The notes under the pieces were generated by a model that worked only from the letters and a program-made list of their open reading frames with translations, was not told where the DNA came from and made no database searches. Below are positions 1 to 12,412 of a stretch of DNA of 64,000 nucleotides, piece by piece. A program made the translations under genes and the position numbers. The DNA is from Anthoceros angustus (lineage: Eukaryota > Plantae > Anthocerotophyta). The first letter of the stretch is position 1, and each line of letters starts with the position of its first letter. The stretch lies in assembly GCA_010909165.1 (NCBI GenBank), contig MU008156.1:930001-994000 (forward strand), given 5' to 3'.

Positions 1-2394
1 TGCACGGCACGTGTGGCATTCACACATCGCCTCCTGTAGGACCGCCTTTACCCTAACTTTGTGCTGACCGTTAAAGCCCACAACGGCCGGAAGCCCACGG
101 TGGGGCCGCGCACGCCCCGTTTGCAGTTTCCCGTTCTCCCAAGTGCCCACAAGTATGTTACGTATGTATGCTGGCGGAAAGCGTATTCTACGCCCGTGGC
201 CAGTACATGCCACCGTTGATGCCAAGTCGCTTTACATTCGTTTACTACAAAAAAAACATGTCCCCCTCCCTACACTGCATGCTACCGGGTGGGGTCAAAG
301 TGCACCCTTTTAAGACCTGTATTGTTGTCCTTCGTATTTTACTCGCTTTACTATCTTTTGTATTTATCGTTTGCATCTGTAAGGCTGGCAAATCATGTAA
401 ACCATGACTGAGCTCAGTATACGTACTATCCTTCGTATTTTGTTGTTTGTTTTAGTCACCCTCGCAGGCCATATCAGGAGCTCCTAAGTTGTTGCAACAT
501 GCTCCCCAGCACTCATCTACTCCCAGCAAAACCACGTAGAACGCATCAAAATCCACAATCCAAACGATTTTCAAGGCAAATTGGCTTCACAACCGAATAC
601 AAACAAGCCAGCGCTGGTAACCACTGGTTACAGCTACCGAGCGCAAAAATGGACCGGCCATGTGCCCGACGGCAAATAGCAGGCCGCCAGGCCCCAGGGC
701 CGGTACAGTCTCAGGGGCCCCCCCTCCTCCCCAACCGGCCTCACCTCGGTTCAGAAACGGGGAAGGGACGCAAGAACCGGGAGGCCACCGACCCACCGCC
801 GGCTACCAGCGGTATCCCGCACCGGCAGCTGTGCGAGACGGTGGAGGACGCAGTGGGGTCGTGGGGCCGGCACGGCAGGTGTGTGTTTTTTCAGGCTAAC
901 CAGAGAGAGGTTGTGCGGGCGTATGTCCGCGGGCCGGCTTCGTGAGCCTCGGTTTGAGTCGATCGAGGATCGAGGCGCATGGGTGATGATGGGAAGGGAC
1001 CCGGACATGGAGCAAGTACGCCTCGGCTGAGGCAACAAAGCAGCACATGCTTTAGAATTTTTCACTTCGCACTGTAAGCACAATTTGAGGCAGAAGGGTA
1101 CGAAAGTCTCCAGTCTTATGCTCGAGACTTTGGTGATTTGCGAGCTGTACTACTATGTTGTCTTTCGATGACGCATGGTTTCATCACAAATACTTAGCAC
1201 CCGTATATGGCATAGGCGCAATCCCTGGATGGAGCTGGTGTGGACTGCCAAGAGGTCCACCGTCCGCAAGTTAGAGAAGAAAGGGCTGAGGTTGGGCGGG
1301 AGGAGAGCAGGAGTTGCGGGTACGCATCCACAGCTGGGTCGCTTTGGAACTGTGGATGATGGCCTGCTCCTTGCTGTGTGTGTCAGGATTCGGCTTCAGG
1401 CTTTGGCTGGCTTCACATGTTTCTGGGCGTGGCCACTTTCCCCTCCTGTGACTTCAGCAGCTTACAGAGGCTGGGGTGAAAGAGTTCAGTTGAGGTAGAT
1501 CGGGAGACTCATCGGAGGCGTAGTTGCATGCGCAACAGACAATCAGAGGGGAAAGAAAAGGAAAGCAAACAGGCTGTGACAGTGCCCTAGATACCTGAGG
1601 CGTCACTGCATGGGAGGCCGGGAACACAAGTCCATGGACATTGATTGGGGCGTCCTCCGTCCACGCCCTCATTCGCACCATGAAACAGACACGGAAGCAG
1701 GAGGTGCGATTGTTGCCCGGGGAAGCGCGTCTCCGGTACCTTGTCGCGTGTCCAACAGGGTTGAACCGTAGGGTGAAACGTAGGTTCCATCAATTTTGCA
1801 ACACTTCACATTTGCAAAGGCTGTCACTGGAATAATAATATAATTGCAGAGTACAAGAGGAAGGGGTTCGCCGTTTAAGGCACCGAGTACAGAACGCCCA
1901 CACATTTATTTTACCAGGTAAGCAAATGATAACTTCCTCCAGACCTCTGCACGGATCTACATACCTACACCGAAAACGAGAAGAAGCTTTCGGAGCAGTT
2001 GGGTCTTCCAGAGTGACTTGCTACCTAACCTAATACATAAGGACCTAGATAGAAGCTGGGCTTCTGAGCTGGTTTTGAGGTTCTTAGCGAAGTGATGCCG
2101 GCAGAACAGCTGAGGTCTGCCGACTGCCAAAGAAAAGCTAAAAAGAAAAAGCAAAGTGCTGGTCGACAGCACTGCGACAGCCTTCACATCGGCGATCAGC
2201 AAATAATTTAGCTGCTCAAAGAAACATGGTGCTTGCAATCTCATTCTCGAGCTCCTACTCGCACTGTATCCTACAGGGTTAGCAATTGAAGTAAATTATC
2301 GAAGTCCTGGCTGGCGATAAACATGTACAGGGAGCTCTTCCTTGCTGCAGCCCAATAGCCTCTGCCGCACTGAACAAGGAGGCCTGAAATAAAA

Positions 2395-3753
2395 TTAACG
2401 AAGAGAGGCGTTGTGCAGGTGTAGAGGATTCGATGTGTCGTTTCGAATCCGCTTCACTTTGTGAGAGCCCAGGCTGCGGTGCTGGAATCCCAATATGTCC
2501 AACACCTGGTTGTCAGCAAAGTTGAATGCGCGCTCCATATGCTTTAAACACCGCTCAATCGGGTAGTCTCCGTACTTCCCACACGGCTTGCAGCCAACAA
2601 AGTGCGTGACAAACGGCCATCTCTCATCACCAAAACCTGGATGGCTATCCGCCATCATCTCTTCGTACCTCTCCACCAGGATCTCCCAGTAACCATGCAG
2701 GTAGTAGGAGTTTTCTAAATAAACCTTAGGCGACCACTGCTCTTTCTGCGTGATCAATAAATAAATGAGAGCCGACTGGTCATCCGCCTCGAACGGGGGA
2801 CGACCCTCCAAAAACTTGCTCAGAACCTTCCCGGCCTCATCGCGTATAGCACCCTTGGGCCCCATGGGAGCCCAGGCGTCCAGCATATCCAAAGACCACT
2901 GACAGTTCCGAAGAAGGAAACTACCAGTATTCAGTCCTATCCAGCTCTTCGTCTTGTATACGAGGTCATCCCACCCGTGCAAGACAAAGTTGTAATCCTT
3001 GTACTTGTCCACCGGCAGTTCGAACACCATGTCTGTGAAGAGCGCATCGCTGTCCATCCACCATATCCATTCTACCTCCGGATGTGTCAACATTAGCTTC
3101 CGCAATAGGGGAAGCTTAGACCAATAACCAGCCATCTTGTGATCCAAGAAAGCCATGTTGTAGACGATTTCCATGTCGTGCAGGCGGCAGTAATCGATCT
3201 TGTTCTTCAAGGCCTTGAGAAGATAGTGATCGCCGATGGAGTTCTCACACGGCTGGGGAGACGATCCAGACACCAACAAGACCCGCGGCTGTCCCTTCTT
3301 ATTGGACCTTATACCCGGATTCTGCTCCAGCCAAGACTGCCTTTGCTCGTTCCAGTCAGATATCTTAGGGCCCAGGCTGTAAGGCAGCCCCGAACTGGCC
3401 GCCTCCTCCGCCTGCTCCTCCCAGTCCGTAGGATCCGAGAAGTCCATCTTGACCTCAGTCAGCGTGCGGACCGGTTCCCGCACCAGAGCAACGTCCTGCG
3501 CAGCAAATCCCGCCTCCTGAGTCTGGTAGCTCTGGCTTAGCATCAGCGGCCCCCGCAGCACCATCACGGTCATAAATCCCGCGAACAAGGTGAGGCACAG
3601 ATTCTTGAACCCCTTCACAATACCCCTCCCCCGCGGACTCCGCATAAATCTGTTCAAGCTCCATCCTCCTCGAGGTATCCTCGGCAGGGCCATTCCGAGA
3701 GCGAGAAAATGGCCGTCCCTTACCCTACCCCGCCACACAAGCCCGGAGTCCAC
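2395..3753 (-). CDS. XXT: Glycosyltransferase family 34, xyloglucan 6-xylosyltransferase-like (single exon, 452 aa)
   Basis: Intact ORF with N-terminal membrane anchor and GT34 motifs NKIDYCRLH, EWIWWMDSDALFTDM, LNTGSFLLRNCQWSLD, ADDQSALIYLL, WPFVTHFVGCKPC. The XXT paralogue cannot be assigned. Confidence 0.95.
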   Translation of the reverse strand: MDSGLVWRGRVRDGHFLALGMALPRIPRGGWSLNRFMRSPRGRGIVKGFKNLCLTLFAGFMTVMVLRGPLMLSQSYQTQEAGFAAQDVALVREPVRTLTEVKMDFSDPTDWEEQAEEAASSGLPYSLGPKISDWNEQRQSWLEQNPGIRSNKKGQPRVLLVSGSSPQPCENSIGDHYLLKALKNKIDYCRLHDMEIVYNMAFLDHKMAGYWSKLPLLRKLMLTHPEVEWIWWMDSDALFTDMVFELPVDKYKDYNFVLHGWDDLVYKTKSWIGLNTGSFLLRNCQWSLDMLDAWAPMGPKGAIRDEAGKVLSKFLEGRPPFEADDQSALIYLLITQKEQWSPKVYLENSYYLHGYWEILVERYEEMMADSHPGFGDERWPFVTHFVGCKPCGKYGDYPIERCLKHMERAFNFADNQVLDILGFQHRSLGSHKVKRIRNDTSNPLHLHNASLR

Positions 3754-4318
3754 AGATCAGCCACAGAAGGGCTCAAACAAAGCACCGAAGCCACACCACA
3801 CCCCGTTCCAGCCTCAAAACACCTCAAAAAACACTCTCGCAAGCCCACTGCCACAAGCATCCGCAGGCATCCCCCAAAGACTCACACCAGCCCGCGATCT
3901 TGCTCACCAGATGCTCAATGCCGTCCCCCGCCTGCCGCCTCAAGCCCCCGGCTCCCGCCGCCCTTGCAACAACGGCAAGAGCGACAGCATTTCCCCACCG
4001 CAATGCCTCCCAGCCGCAGCTCAACCAAGGCCCCCGACCGGAGGCGGCCCACCGATGGCGGGAGCCGGACCGCAGCAATTGCGATCCCGGACGATCCACC
4101 AACCGGCCTCACCGCCCGCCTGCGGTTGGGGAACAGGTAGCGCCTCCGCGGCTGAGCGGGGAGGAGCTGGCGCCGTTGTGGCGGTGATAGGTTGCTGTCC
4201 TGGAGCTGCCGCTGCTGCGTCGCCCTCGCTGGCCTTCGCCTTCTCGGTCGCGCTCTTGCTCTTGCTCGCGGGCTTTCACTCGCTCTCGGGCGCACAGCAG
4301 GCGGCGAGAATGGCTGGA

Positions 4319-4370
4319 GGAGAGAGAGGCGGTGGCGCGGGAGAGTGGGGAGAGAGAGTAGAGAGAGAAC
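4319..4370. promoter_or_regulatory. GA/TC-rich tract upstream of the XXT-like gene (possible GAGA-type element or 5' UTR pyrimidine tract)
   Basis: Several (GA)n runs about 0.6 kb upstream of the XXT ATG. Function inferred from position only. Confidence 0.3.
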
Positions 4371-5973
4371 CAGCGTATGAAGCGGATTCAAGTGTGTGTG
4401 CGTCTACTGTTTGTATGTACGCTGTACAGTACTGTATGATGTGGGAGGCGGGTTTCCGGTCCCTCGCAGTCCTGCCTGGGCCTGTCATGAGCCCGCGACA
4501 GAGACCTCCCACACAACTGCTGTGCTGGGATTTCCCACAAACGGGCAACTTGAGTGAACTCGAGCTTCCCGATACGCGGCCCTCGTGACCGATCGCGACA
4601 CTGTCACTCGCTTCAAATATGCTTGCTTTGGAGGCCTTGTCCTCTACCTACTGCACTCCCAGCACAGATCTCCGCAAAATTGGCTTGGAGTTTGCGTCTA
4701 GTAGAGTGATGACACGAGAGTTTGGTGTGGAGAATGATTTTAGAGGACTTCTGTGAGAGAAATGATGGTATCATGTACCACGCCTTCCGTCATCCTCGAC
4801 TGCGTTACCCAAAGTGGATTTTAGGCAATATCATCACCAACTAATGCAACTGTGTTCCGGGTATCTGTTGATTGATGATTTGTGTGGCCAGCGCATGGCT
4901 GTGCGACAGACACAAGAATGACATGGGCTCGGGACATGGAATCTCTAACTTGATCTAAAACTGGAGCCCTGGGAGTCCAGACTTCCTCAACGGACAAATG
5001 GACAATTTTACTAATGGGGACATGGAAGTTCAGACTTCGTCAATAGACGCTATCAGTAAGCTCTGAACTAGCCGAAGTGAGAGCATCCACAGGGGTCTGC
5101 TTCTGCAGGCTCTTGATTTCATTTTCCTTGCATGGGTTGCACTTGGAGGGATTTCTGTTTCTGTTGCTTCACTGGCAAGAGGAGAGTGAATGAAGCACCT
5201 CCAGGAAGCTTGGGAGTACTATCCCCCTAAGAGCAACAAGGACAGTAGAAGGGTTCAGTCGTGCAATGCATGGCTTCCCACGTAGAGGGACGGCAGTAGT
5301 ATATTTGTTGTGATGGAGCGGAGCATAACCAGGTCCCGGTGCTCCCACCTGTGCTCTGGAGCACCATCTTTGGTCACGAACTTCAACCTCCTCAATCTCG
5401 AGTGATGTGCTATTTCTTTCACCACTGTCTCAGCTTCTTTGTCTCCCGTTAGCATCTTCCAATCCTCTATCATTATCAGAAGAATCAACTTCCGTGGAAG
5501 GATCCATATGTCCCCTGGTGCTCACGGCCTCATGGTGCTGTTCCTCTCATAAGCCCAGTGCGTGAACCAACGACCACCACCCCTGCTCCACAGCTCTAGG
5601 GCTTTTCGGCCCTTCATGGATCAAGCTCTCTGCCTGCATTGAGGTCATGAGCTCCGTCAAACACGAGAAACACTCTTCCTTTGACAGAGCCTGGGTGCCC
5701 TTACCTTGTTATCAACTGCAGGCCCCAGCCCGATCGACTGTCGTAGCAGGCGCACAAGAGTAGGTTAGTTAGTAGACACATGCAGACATTACAACTGTGT
5801 AAAAGCACAACCGGCCTTACAACACGGAGGCACAACCAGGTCCAGGCCCAGGAACGCTCAACTGCCGAGCCTTGACGGTTGGTTGCAGCAAAGGATGCAT
5901 GTCTTCCACGGCGCTGCCGTCTCCTGGAGGGCGTGAAAAATGCACATCCCGGTCGTGACGCCTGAAGGAAGCA

Positions 5974-8900
5974 ATGGGAGACGACGGCGAGGAATTCCGT
6001 GGACATTCCCGGGCCGGGTCTCGGGTGGTGGCGACAGCGTGGAAGCCAGGGAGGCCTTTGCCTGCTTCTCGGCATTCCAGTGTCATCGACTGGCCTGCAG
6101 AGCGGGCGTCTGGATCGAGGGCCTGGCTGCACGGTCTGGTGCCTCCAGGAGAGCAAGGGGGGTCTCTTTCGGGGTCCCAGTACAGCATTCCCACGGTAGC
6201 AGGGTCCCAGGCCACCGATGACAGCAGCGTGGCGGTGCAGGAAGAGCTTCCTCCCCGAAGCTCGCAGGTTTCGGGTGATGTGGGGCCTGAATGGGCTCCC
6301 CGTGCACCACTGTTTCCCCGACTGTCCATCAGTGGGGCGCCGTTGAAGCTGGTTGATGCGATCTGGACAGGGGCCCAGGCGGAGGTTATGTCCTTTCTCC
6401 ACCACCCATTTCTCGGAGCTGTTATCACGCACAACGTGCCCACCGAGCTTCTGACGCAATACCTGAATGAAGAGGCCTTCCTCTTCTCTGCAGCAACTAT
6501 GTTGTGAGGCTGCTGACCTAGTTTCTATGTTCTGCTGGATTCAGGGGGTTGTTGTACGGATCTCTGACATGAGTGTGCTGTTGCAACACACAGATCTCAT
6601 CACCCGGTAGTGAGTGCTGCTTTGCTCAACGTGCCAAATTTTGTCAACACCTTGAGAGTTGTGCTTTATGACTTGGTAATGCTCACCTCTTAAGGCAACG
6701 GGGCTTAGAGGGTGGTCGCATTTTCGCTTGCGTGATGCCGCATTTTCTCATGCTGGCCAGAGTTTGTAGACAAGTTATGGCTGCAGCTCAGGGTTTGTGC
6801 ATGTCTCAGACTCAAGACGGCTGGAATGGTATATTTGCCACTCTTGATGGATTGCAATCACGTGACTTCAACAGCACAGTGGCGCAGCAGAAGCAATGTG
6901 GTCCTTCTTGCAACAAAAGTCGTCTTCCAATTACAACGTGGATGCTCTGGTTGCTTGGGTAGCCATTCTGCGCGTAAGGAGGCTTGTTGAAGCTGTCATT
7001 GGCAGGAGGATCCCCACGCAAGGAATAGGAAAGAGTCCATTTGTTGTGTGGATCAGCACTTATGGTGAAGAAGCATTCCAGGTCAGTGTATGATCCAGTT
7101 TGTGGTACTTCTGGCTTTGTACTTGTTGAGACTCGTGTCATTTTTGCTGAATGTGGACCAGCACGTACAGATCTGTGCTACGACACTGGAGGAAGCACTG
7201 GAATCCTGTTATCCACAAAGCCCTGACCAAGGAGAAATGCAACGGCTGCTGGATGTTTTCAGGACAACGATCAGGCTTGACATCGAAATGTTTTCAAACT
7301 TGTACTCTAGTGTTCCCAACTACACGGAGTATAAAATTGAACAGAATAGTCCATGGAACCCTTGTAATCTCCTCTTTGCCACAGACTATGACTGCACGTG
7401 TACAGTGAAGGATTCTTGTTACCTTCTAGTATGGGCTTCAGAGGCTACAGGGCGAATCAATGACGGCCGGCTGGTGCAGGCTCACCAGGCTATTTGCGTT
7501 GATCATGATGTGAGTGTGCTGGATTGTCTGGCATCTATGCCTGACTTCAATTTTGACCCGGGCCCTGAGCAATTTATATCGGAGATAAGGTTTGAGCTGT
7601 TGCCCGGAATGGACCCTGGTCTTGAATCAATGGCCAGAGCGATTCTCGACCAGGATTATATGGATATAGGGGATATTGCTGCAATGCAACCTGTTTCCGG
7701 GTTTGCAGCCATCCGAGAGGCGCTCCTGTGGCTAGCACAACTTGAAACTGACACAAATAAGGTACGAGACCAACAAGATTCAAATTTGGAAAGTTGTTAA
7801 GACCTCAGGTACATTATCTGACCCACAGTCTACGAAAACTGTGGGTTAGGCGACGTATCGAACTAAGCAAGATTAATAATGCATGTCCCATGTTATCCAA
7901 GGTTGACAAAGCTGGTTATCTCCTTTCTTTTGCAGAAAGTCATGGACCGTGGACTGTTGATAGGGCTAACCAGACAGACTATCAAGGCAGCGGGGAAGAA
8001 GGCTGCTATGCAAAACAACTGCCTCCAAGTACTCAAAAGACTAACAAAATCTGGGTGCTCTATCCATGTTATCTCCGCGAACTGGTCAAGGGATCTGATC
8101 TTGAGCGGACTTTCCTTTATCCCTGGTAGGAAGCTGCATCAAGGGGGCTTTACCCTCCTTCGTCTTGTCTCGTGTCGCTGTAATAAGGGGATGGGCAACG
8201 AGACCTAATGTAAGCTATGTCGTGTCATGCAGAGGGCATGCTTTATGTTCATTCCAATGATTTGGAGTATGAGGCATCTGGAACATCTAACGGGAAGTTC
8301 TCGAGTAGCGTCACAAACGCTTTTGACAAGGAGCACGTCTTAGAAGTGCTTCGAAGGATTGTGAATCAATATGCTGGGGTTGAACAGCCCTCCTCGCATT
8401 TTCTTCCTGACGATCAAGGAAGGATGGTTGTATACCTTGGAGATGCTCAGACTGACTTGTTGGCTCTACTTGATGCGGACCTTGGCATAGTTATTGGCAA
8501 AAACGCAGCTCTGAGACACATGCTAAGTAGATACAGGATTCGGTTGCTGCCACTCGTGGAGGCTTCAGCCCATATTTCTGTTTCTAGACTGTACAGTTCT
8601 CATCGCAGCTACAGGCAATCAGGAATCTTATTTGAAGCAAGTGGTTGGGAGGATGTTGAAGCCTGCCTCTTTGGGGATTGCACATTACAGGCCACTGATG
8701 ATTTCAGGGCCTTCTGCTGTCCACCAGGGCAACGAGGTGTTCTTCACAAGGAGAGAACAGGGCAGCAAAACAGGCTGTCCCAGTTCAGAACTTCTGTTGT
8801 GCAGTCAAACTCTTTTGGATCTGACATTTCATCTCCAGGCCTTCAGCCCATGCCGAAGTACCGCAGCTCTCAGGAATTTACGTCTGGAGATCAGCCTTTC

Positions 8901-10967
8901 GGTCAGAAGCCTCAAAGATTTTCGTCTGATGAGGGGCTGCATATGACAGGCCAAGGCGGTTATGGCCAAGGAGGTCAGTTTGGATCTTTCTCGCAAGGAT
9001 CGCCGATGGGAGGGCAAGGTGGATTTTCTGTGGGAGGTCAGTCTAAATCTCTCATGGCCTTTCCCAGACAAGAAGGTTACGGTGAAGGAGGTCAGTCAGG
9101 ATCCGTCTCTCAAGGATCTCTGATGGGAGGGCAAGGTGGATTTCCTTTGAGAGGTCAGTCTAAATCCCTCACGCCCTTTCCCAGACAAGAAGGTTCTGGT
9201 GAAGGAGGTCAGTCGAGATCTTTCTCTCAAGGAACTCGCTTCCCCGGACAAGAAGGTTATGGTGAAGGAGGTCAGTCAGGATCTTTCTCTCAAGGAACTC
9301 CCTTCCCCGGACAAGAAGGTTATGGCGAGGGAGGTCAGTCAGGATCTTTCTCTCAAGGAACGCCCTTTCCCGGACAAGCAGGTTATGGTGAGGGAGGATC
9401 TTTCTCTCAAGGAATGCCCTATCCCGGACAAGCAGGTTATGGTGAGGGAGGATCTTTCTCTCAAGGAATGCCCTATCCCGGACAAGCAGGTTACGGTGAG
9501 GGAGGATCGTTCTCTCAAGGAATGCCCTATCCCGGACAAGCAGGTTATGGTGAGGGAGTTCAGTCAGGATCTTTCTCTCAAGGCATGGCCTTTCCCATGC
9601 AAGTTGGTCAGGATGAGGGAGTCCGAACTGCATCATTTTCTCAAGGAATGCCCTTCCCTCGCCAGGAAGGTCAGGATGCATCTTTTTCCAGCGAGTTTCC
9701 GTTCCCCAGACAAGTTGGTCAGGATGAGGGAGGTCGAACTGCATCATTTGCTCACGAAATGCCCTTCCCTCGCCAGGAAGGTCAGGATGCATCTTTCTCC
9801 AGCGAGTTCCCGTTTCCCAAACAAGGTGCTTATGGTGATGGAGGTCTTAGTGGACCTTTCTCCGATGGTTTCCCCTTTCCCGAACAAATTGGTTACGATA
9901 AGGAGGGTCAGGGCGGATCGTCCTCACGGGGGATGATGCCCTTTGGTGCTCGAGGAGCTGATGGCCTGGAAGGTCCGACTGGATCCTTCTCGACAAGAAT
10001 GCCTGTTGTCGGAGAAGGTGAGCTCGATCAGAGAGGAGGATCATTCTCTGAAGAAATGCCGCCGTTTAGTGGGTTCGAAGGAGCACGTTCCTCACGAAGG
10101 CTTCCTTTCAGTCCAAGATTTTCCTTCACTATTGGATCGCAAGGGACTCCAGTAGCTAAGAAACAGTCCTTCAGCCAAGCCCCCGCGTTGACGCCCATGC
10201 CAAAGAACATGTGGATGTCGGCAGAGCTACAGCCAGGTGGGTACAAAGAAGACGTGCGCGTGGAGAAAGTGAATAGGGCTCCTTCCTTTACAGATGCGCC
10301 CTTGGGGGCTACGTTCCCATCGTTTGGAGCTCCCGATGCCTCAGTGAGTCAGTCTGGAAGGATGAGCACACCTCCGAAAACAAGGACCAGCACGCCTCCC
10401 AAGCCATCCTTCAGTCAAGGCGAAAGGTCGAGAGACAGAACGCCACCGAAAGGTAGACCCCTCACTCCAACGCTGCCACCTTTCCGTCAAGGAGCGCAAG
10501 GATTGGAGATGAAGGGGATGGACTTTCCAAGGATGAGCACGCCTCCGAACGTATCATTCAGTCAAGACCCTCCTGAGAGCTTCGACATGTCTAGGCGAGG
10601 CACTCTTCCCCAAAGCATGTCGTTCACTAGTCAGGCAAATCCTGGCAACCGTGATGATGGCTTCCCATCGTTTCCCAGAATGAGCACACCTCCCAAGACA
10701 AGGCAATCCAGTCAGGGAACTCCTGGATTTGGTGACGGAGATTTGGACGGTATGCTTCTTAAGAATTCCTACAGCCAGTCACCAGCTCAGGGGTTTCAAA
10801 CGGAGGGACCTCCCCTGCCCTTCTCTCCACCTCCACCTCTCAAGGGGATGCCTCGACCTTTGAAGGCCATGCCCCTGGCCATGATGCCCATGCCCCAAAA
10901 CATGGCCACAAATGCCCCGAATCCTCTGGGTGGCTTTCCCCAAGGATTTCAAGGTGAGGACGAATGA
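5974..10967 (+). CDS. TH2: TH2-like bifunctional TenA + HAD-phosphatase (thiamin monophosphate phosphatase family) with very long repetitive C-terminal extension; multi-exon
   Basis: Successive exons give TenA-like segments (FLHHPFLG, SPFVVWISTYGEEAFQ, FRTTIRLDIEMF), HAD motif I ATDYDCTCT, HVISANWSRDLI, HSNDLEY, motif IV VYLGDAQTDLLALLDADLGIVI and LFEASGWEDVEACLFG, collinear with plant TH2. The last exon stays open a further ~760 codons to TGA at 10965-10967. Junctions between 6500 and 6900 are not resolved. Confidence 0.85.
8940..9830 (+). repeat. In-frame coding tandem repeats (54-, 63- and 111-bp units) in the TH2-like tail
   Basis: GQAGYGEGGSFSQGMPYP-type 54-bp units x3, GQEGYGEGGQSGSFSQGTPFP-type 63-bp units x3, and a QVGQDEG...FSSEFPFP 111-bp unit x2. 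All unit lengths are multiples of 3. Confidence 0.95.
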
Positions 10968-11504
10968 TGGAATCATGGAACTAATTTTAGAGAGCACCGA
11001 GCAATGTGGGCTCCCGGCAAACCAGAATTTTCGCCTCTCATGTTGAACACATTATCTCTCTGTCTTTGATGTCGAGAACAACAGGTCTTTCCTACTACTC
11101 ATCAGAACAGAACCGATCTAACGTGCAGGGCAGTTCCGAGGACTAACAAGGCAGTTCTATCAGAGTGGTTACAAATCGTTGCATTTTCACTAACTCAAAC
11201 ACCATCTCATCCTGCATGGAACCTAACACAAGCGCTTTCATGAAAAAATGCCAGTTCCCTTTCTTTCTGCTCCTCCGCAGTCTTTGCTCCGGAGCTCCTG
11301 CATCCTTCCCAGTCTTTTGTACAGACCAAGACAAAGTAAGTAGCCTCCCCAATCTTCTTCTACCGACCAAGAAGAGTAACTATAATAACTTCATAACAAG
11401 AGTGATGAGGAATAGAAAAATTGCATTACAAAACATATACAACTAAGCCCGTATATAGGGAACACACAACCCTATTTAGGAAACCCTACCTAACAGAATA
11501 TCAT

Positions 11505-11754
11505 ACACCGGTTCCATTAATCTCTATATGGGAAAAGAAGACTTTATTATAAAAAAGAGACGGAAAAACCATTCACTTTTCAAAACTACACCGATTCCAT
11601 TAATCTCTATATGGGAAAAGAAGACTTTATTATAAAAAAGAGACGGAAAAACCATCCACTTTTCAAAACTACACCGATTCCATTAATCTCTATATGGGAA
11701 AAGAAGACTTTATTATAAAAAAGAGACGGAAAAACCATCCACTTTTCAAAACTA
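11505..11754. repeat. 83-bp tandem repeat, 3 near-identical copies
   Basis: ACACCG(G/A)TTCCATTAATCTCTATATGGGAAAAGAAGAC... recurs at 11505, 11588 and 11671. It lies just 3' of the CRE-like ORF on the minus strand. Confidence 0.97.
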
Positions 11755-11821
11755 CCAACCGCCCGAAGAACTTCATGGTCAGGATGTGAAAAGGCCTACT
11801 TACCACCGGTGTCGAAGAAGC

Positions 11822-12412
11822 TACCTCCCCACGCTCGTTGTCATTCTGTACACTGCGCTGGCCAACGCCTTCTGCAGAGGGATGGAAACCCTCTAGCGAA
11901 AGAAGGCAACAATACAAGAAAGAAGGAGGCCAACCCCATTCTTGCGGCTGTGATAAGCCTTAGCGCAGGCCTTGACGAACCTAGAGAAATCCTTGCCCAT
12001 GGCTCCGTGAGTCTCAATGGCAAGGGGGACGAAAGCGTGGCCGTTCTGCATAAGAAAGTACTTGTGGACCTTAGCTGTCGTGCATCCCTACACTGCCCAA
12101 CGTGGGGGATTAAGAATAACATGTTCGTAGAAACTATCCCGGATAAGATCGGTTACAACCACGTCAGCAACCGAAACCTGATTCCCCCATGTCAAAAATA
12201 GATCTGCCCTAAGCGAAACCCCGTTGAGTAGGATGTAGGGGCGCTCCCTAGATGGAAGAAACCCGCCTTCCCGAGCAGTAGAGAACATGATGTCCCGTAC
12301 GGCGTCATGCGTAACGATACGCTGCCCACCCGCGGGACAGCGAGCCAAGTGTGTCCCAAAGTCATCCTGCTGCAAGTTGAAAGAAAGCAAGCCAGAGGTT
12401 AGACCAAGCCAA
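11822..12412 (-). mobile_element. CRE-type non-LTR retrotransposon relic: C-terminal CCHC knuckle and restriction-like endonuclease (RLE), frameshifted
   Basis: Minus strand reads WLGL...DDFGTHLARCPAGGQRIVTHDAVRD...RADL...DVVVTD, then in another frame AKVHKY...FVPLAIETHGAMG...RVSIPLQKALA, the PD-(D/E)xK RLE signature of RLE-clade LINEs. Confidence 0.8.

Noticed and set aside
1-2300. Several 60-150 aa ORFs (e.g. 499-945, 1175-1498)
   Set aside because: No recognisable motifs, splice pattern or repeat structure; consistent with chance ORFs in GC-rich DNA.
3590-4588. 332-aa plus-strand ORF overlapping the XXT start
   Set aside because: Antisense to XXT and its GC-rich 5' region, Pro/Ala-rich, no domain; a shadow ORF.
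5200-5520. Possible Copia gag relic on the minus strand (WKMLTGD...RWEHRDLVMLRSITTNIL)
   Set aside because: The resemblance to the gag N-terminal pattern is weak and no LTR, PBS or pol was found; left unresolved.
11249-11495. Solo-LTR-like 247-bp segment starting TG and ending CA at the duplication breakpoint
   Set aside because: Flanks (AAAAA versus GAATA) give no target-site duplication, and no PBS, PPT or second copy was seen.
11505-11754. 83-bp repeats and the 43.7-kb minisatellite considered as CRISPR-like arrays
   Set aside because: Units are head-to-tail without unique spacers, the context is eukaryotic and there are no cas genes.
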